Of a stretch of 64,000 nt of DNA, positions 61,574-64,000 are shown one piece after another. Positions within the stretch are counted from its first letter, which is position 1. Each line of letters starts with the position of its first letter. Under the pieces are notes generated by a model. It was not told where the DNA came from and did no database searches. It saw only the letters and a program-made list of their open reading frames with translations. The translations under genes were made by a program, and so were the position numbers. Origin of the DNA: an uncultured Acidobacteriota bacterium (lineage in GTDB: Bacteria > Acidobacteriota > Polarisedimenticolia > J045); the NCBI GenBank assembly GCA_963702425.1, contig CAVPCQ010000035.1, positions 1 through 64,000 of the forward strand. Direction: 5' to 3'.

Positions 61574-63132
61574 ATGACTCGCCCGCACCTCCCTCCCGCG
61601 AACCGCCTGCGCCCCCCGCACCTCCCCCTCGCCATGCGCCTGGCCCCTGCGCTCGACCCGCTTGCCCCGGCCCCTCCCCCGACTCCGCGCCATGCCCTGC
61701 TGCTCAACCCGTTCTATCCCAAGGACCCGCACGGCAGCTTCGGCAAGCACGTGCTCACCCCGTCGCTGGCGCTGACCTCGCTCGCGGCCGCGACGCCCCC
61801 GGAGTGGACCGTCGCTGTCTGGGACGAGAACCTGCTCCAGGGACCGCCGCCGCTCGATCCGTTCCCGACGCTCGTCGGGATCACGGTCCACCTGACCTTC
61901 GCGCGCCGGGCCTACGAGCTGGCTGCCTGGTATCGCGCCCGCGGGGCGCTCGTCGTGCTCGGCGGCCCGCACGTCCAGAGCTGCCCCGGCGAGGCGCGAG
62001 ACCATGCCGACGCGCTCGTCTTCTCGGGCGGCGTACGCGCCTGGCCCCGGGTCCTGGCCGACGCCGAGCGCGGGGTCCTCTCGGCCGAATACCAGGGGAG
62101 CTACCGCGCGCCGCTCGCCGAGGAGCCGCCACCGCGGCGCGACCTCCTGCCGCGCGGCAGCTTCCTGAGCACCGCCAGCCTCGTCGCGACGCGCGGCTGC
62201 GCCAACCACTGTGCCTTCTGCCACCTCGCGACCGACGGCCTCGACATGCCCTACCAGGCGAAGGACCCGGCCGCGGTGGCGGCCGAATGGGCGGCCACGG
62301 GCGAGCCGTACGCGGTCTTCCTCGACAACAACCTCGGCTCGCGGCCGGACGACCTGCGCGCGCTCTGCCGGACCCTCACCCCGCTCGAAGGGATCTGGAG
62401 CGCCGCGGTCACGATCGACGTCACCGACGACCCGTCGCTGGTCCGGGAGATGGCGCTGGCCGGCTGCACCGGCGTCTTCGTCGGCCTGGAGACGCTGAAC
62501 CGGGAGAACCTGCGGGCGGCCGGCAAGCGCTCGCCGCCCCCGGAGGACTACGGGCGCCGGGTACGGATCTTCCACGACGTCGGGATCCAGGTGAACGGCA
62601 GCTTCGTGCTCGGCTTCGATGCCGACGGCCCGGAGGTCTTCGAGCACACCGCGGCGTGGATCGAGGAGCAGCGGCTGGAGTGCGCGACGTTCCACATCCT
62701 CACCCCCTACCCGGGCACGCCGCTCTTCCGCCGCCTCGAGGCGGAAGGGCGCCTGCTGCACCGGGACTGGGAGCTGTACGACACCGCGCACGCCGTCTTC
62801 CGCCCGCTCCGGATGTCCGCCGAGGAACTGGAGACGGGCTACGCCTGGCTCTACCGCCGGCTCTTCTCGCCGGCCTCGATCTGGGCCCGCAGGCCGGAGG
62901 ACGCGCGCGCGGTGCTCCCCTACCTGGCGATGTCGGTGCTCTACAAGAAGACGAACCGGATCTGGCCGCGGCTGATCCGGCACCGGCTCGTGGGACCGAT
63001 GTGGCGCCCGCTGATCGCGCTCTCGCGGCGGCGGCATCACTCCTTTCGGCGGCGGCTGGCGCTTGCTACGATGGCGGCCCCCCCGCGGAGATCGCGCCAT
63101 GCCGCGTTCCGGCCTCGCCGCCGCTCTCGTGA
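61574..63132 (+). CDS. B12-binding-domain radical SAM protein (not in ORF track; 3' end uncertain)
   Basis: AGGAG then ATG 61574; HALLLNPFYPKDPHGSFGKHVLTP, VLGGPH, TRGCANHCAFC, FLDNN, VFVGLET, FVLGFD, LTPYPGTPL. Confidence 0.88.
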
Positions 63133-63521
63133 CGATCCTGTGCGCCGCCGGCTGCGGCGGCTCCCGCCTCGAAGCCGACGACCCTGTCATGCAGCGCGGG
63201 CGCGAGCTCTACTCCGACAACTGCGTCGTCTGCCACCAGGCCAGCGGTGCCGGGGTGGTCGACCTGCAGCCCGCACTCGCCGGCTCATCGCGCGTCTCCG
63301 GGGACCCGGCGACGCTCGCGCGCTGGGTGCTCCGCGGGTCGGAGGCGGAGCCGGCTCCCGGCGGACGGCGCTTCCAGAACGTGATGCCTGCGTTCGATCA
63401 CCTCGGCGACGAGGATGTCGCGGCGGTCGTCACCTACGTCCGCCAGACCTTCGGCGGCGGTGCGTCACCCGTTTCCCCCGCGCTCGTGGCCGAGACCCGG
63501 AAGTCGGCCGGCAGCCCCTGA
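63099..63521 (+). CDS. Lipoprotein monoheme cytochrome c
   Basis: Lipobox CAAGC; GRELYSDNCVVCHQ, MPAF, VAAVVTYVR. Confidence 0.9.
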   Translation: MPRSGLAAALVTILCAAGCGGSRLEADDPVMQRGRELYSDNCVVCHQASGAGVVDLQPALAGSSRVSGDPATLARWVLRGSEAEPAPGGRRFQNVMPAFDHLGDEDVAAVVTYVRQTFGGGASPVSPALVAETRKSAGSP

Positions 63522-63533
63522 AGGGAGACGACG

Positions 63534-64000
63534 ATGCGTGCGCTCCGGCTGTTCCTCGCGCTCTCCGTCGTGCTGTGCGCGGCCCCTTCGGTGCGTGCCG
63601 AAGGCGAGCGCTGGCTCGGCTACGGCTGGGAGAAGGTCACCTCCGCGCGCTACCGCGTCGTCACCGCGAGGAATCGGTCACGGTCCACGAGGGGAAGAGC
63701 ACGCCCAGCACGGCGACGATCGAGACCGACCTGCTGCTCCTGCCCGGCGCGCGCAGCGAGAAGGAGACGCTGATCGAGGTCCGCTTCGAGCGGGTCCGGA
63801 TCCAGACCGAGCCCCAGGGGCTGGAGGCGGACTCGGATGCGACCGCGAACCCCAAGGGAGGCCCGCTGGCCGGACTCCCCGGCATCCTCGCGGCCACGCG
63901 CGCGACGCCGCTGAGGATCGCGCTCTCGCCGGGTGGCCGGGCGCTCCGGGTGGAGGGGTTGCCGGCCTTCCTCGATGCCGCGCGATCGGCGCTGCCGGAA
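63534..64000 (+). CDS. Secreted hypothetical protein, partial (frameshift near 63670, runs off the window)
   Basis: GGAG SD and signal peptide; a GC3-rich reading continues in another frame to the window end. Confidence 0.55.

Overview
A very GC-rich bacterial chromosomal segment. Gene content and style suggest Acidobacteriota or a similar lineage (inference only). Many single-base frameshifts, including in housekeeping genes (lpdA, icd), look like long-read assembly errors. Core content: tRNA-Gln and tRNA-Glu, ferritin, hrpB, sucA-sucB-lpdA followed by a SulP transporter, icd, aroC-aroKB-aroQ, fumC, a heterodimeric ABC exporter and a hybrid kinase. Notable accessory content: (1) a three-gene run of a lipoprotein monoheme cytochrome c, a cytochrome c domain fused to a DUF5777-type outer-membrane barrel, and a secreted type-1 copper protein, which is a candidate new outer-membrane electron conduit; (2) nikR plus a TonB receptor, preceded by an exported nucleoside hydrolase-FmdE fusion; (3) a cobalamin riboswitch controlling a TonB receptor and a beta-propeller lipoprotein; (4) a hidden UxxC ArsC-like selenoprotein with a SECIS-like hairpin; (5) an ~8 kb insert between aroC and fumC, flanked by duplicated heads of both genes, containing a dead transposase split by a 188-bp foldback MITE; (6) GTAG-type REP palindromes that supply stop codons; (7) a C-terminal domain shared by three unrelated secreted proteins; (8) a B12-binding radical SAM gene missing from the ORF track, with a palindromic operator. 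All calls come from reading motifs by eye; no searches were run.
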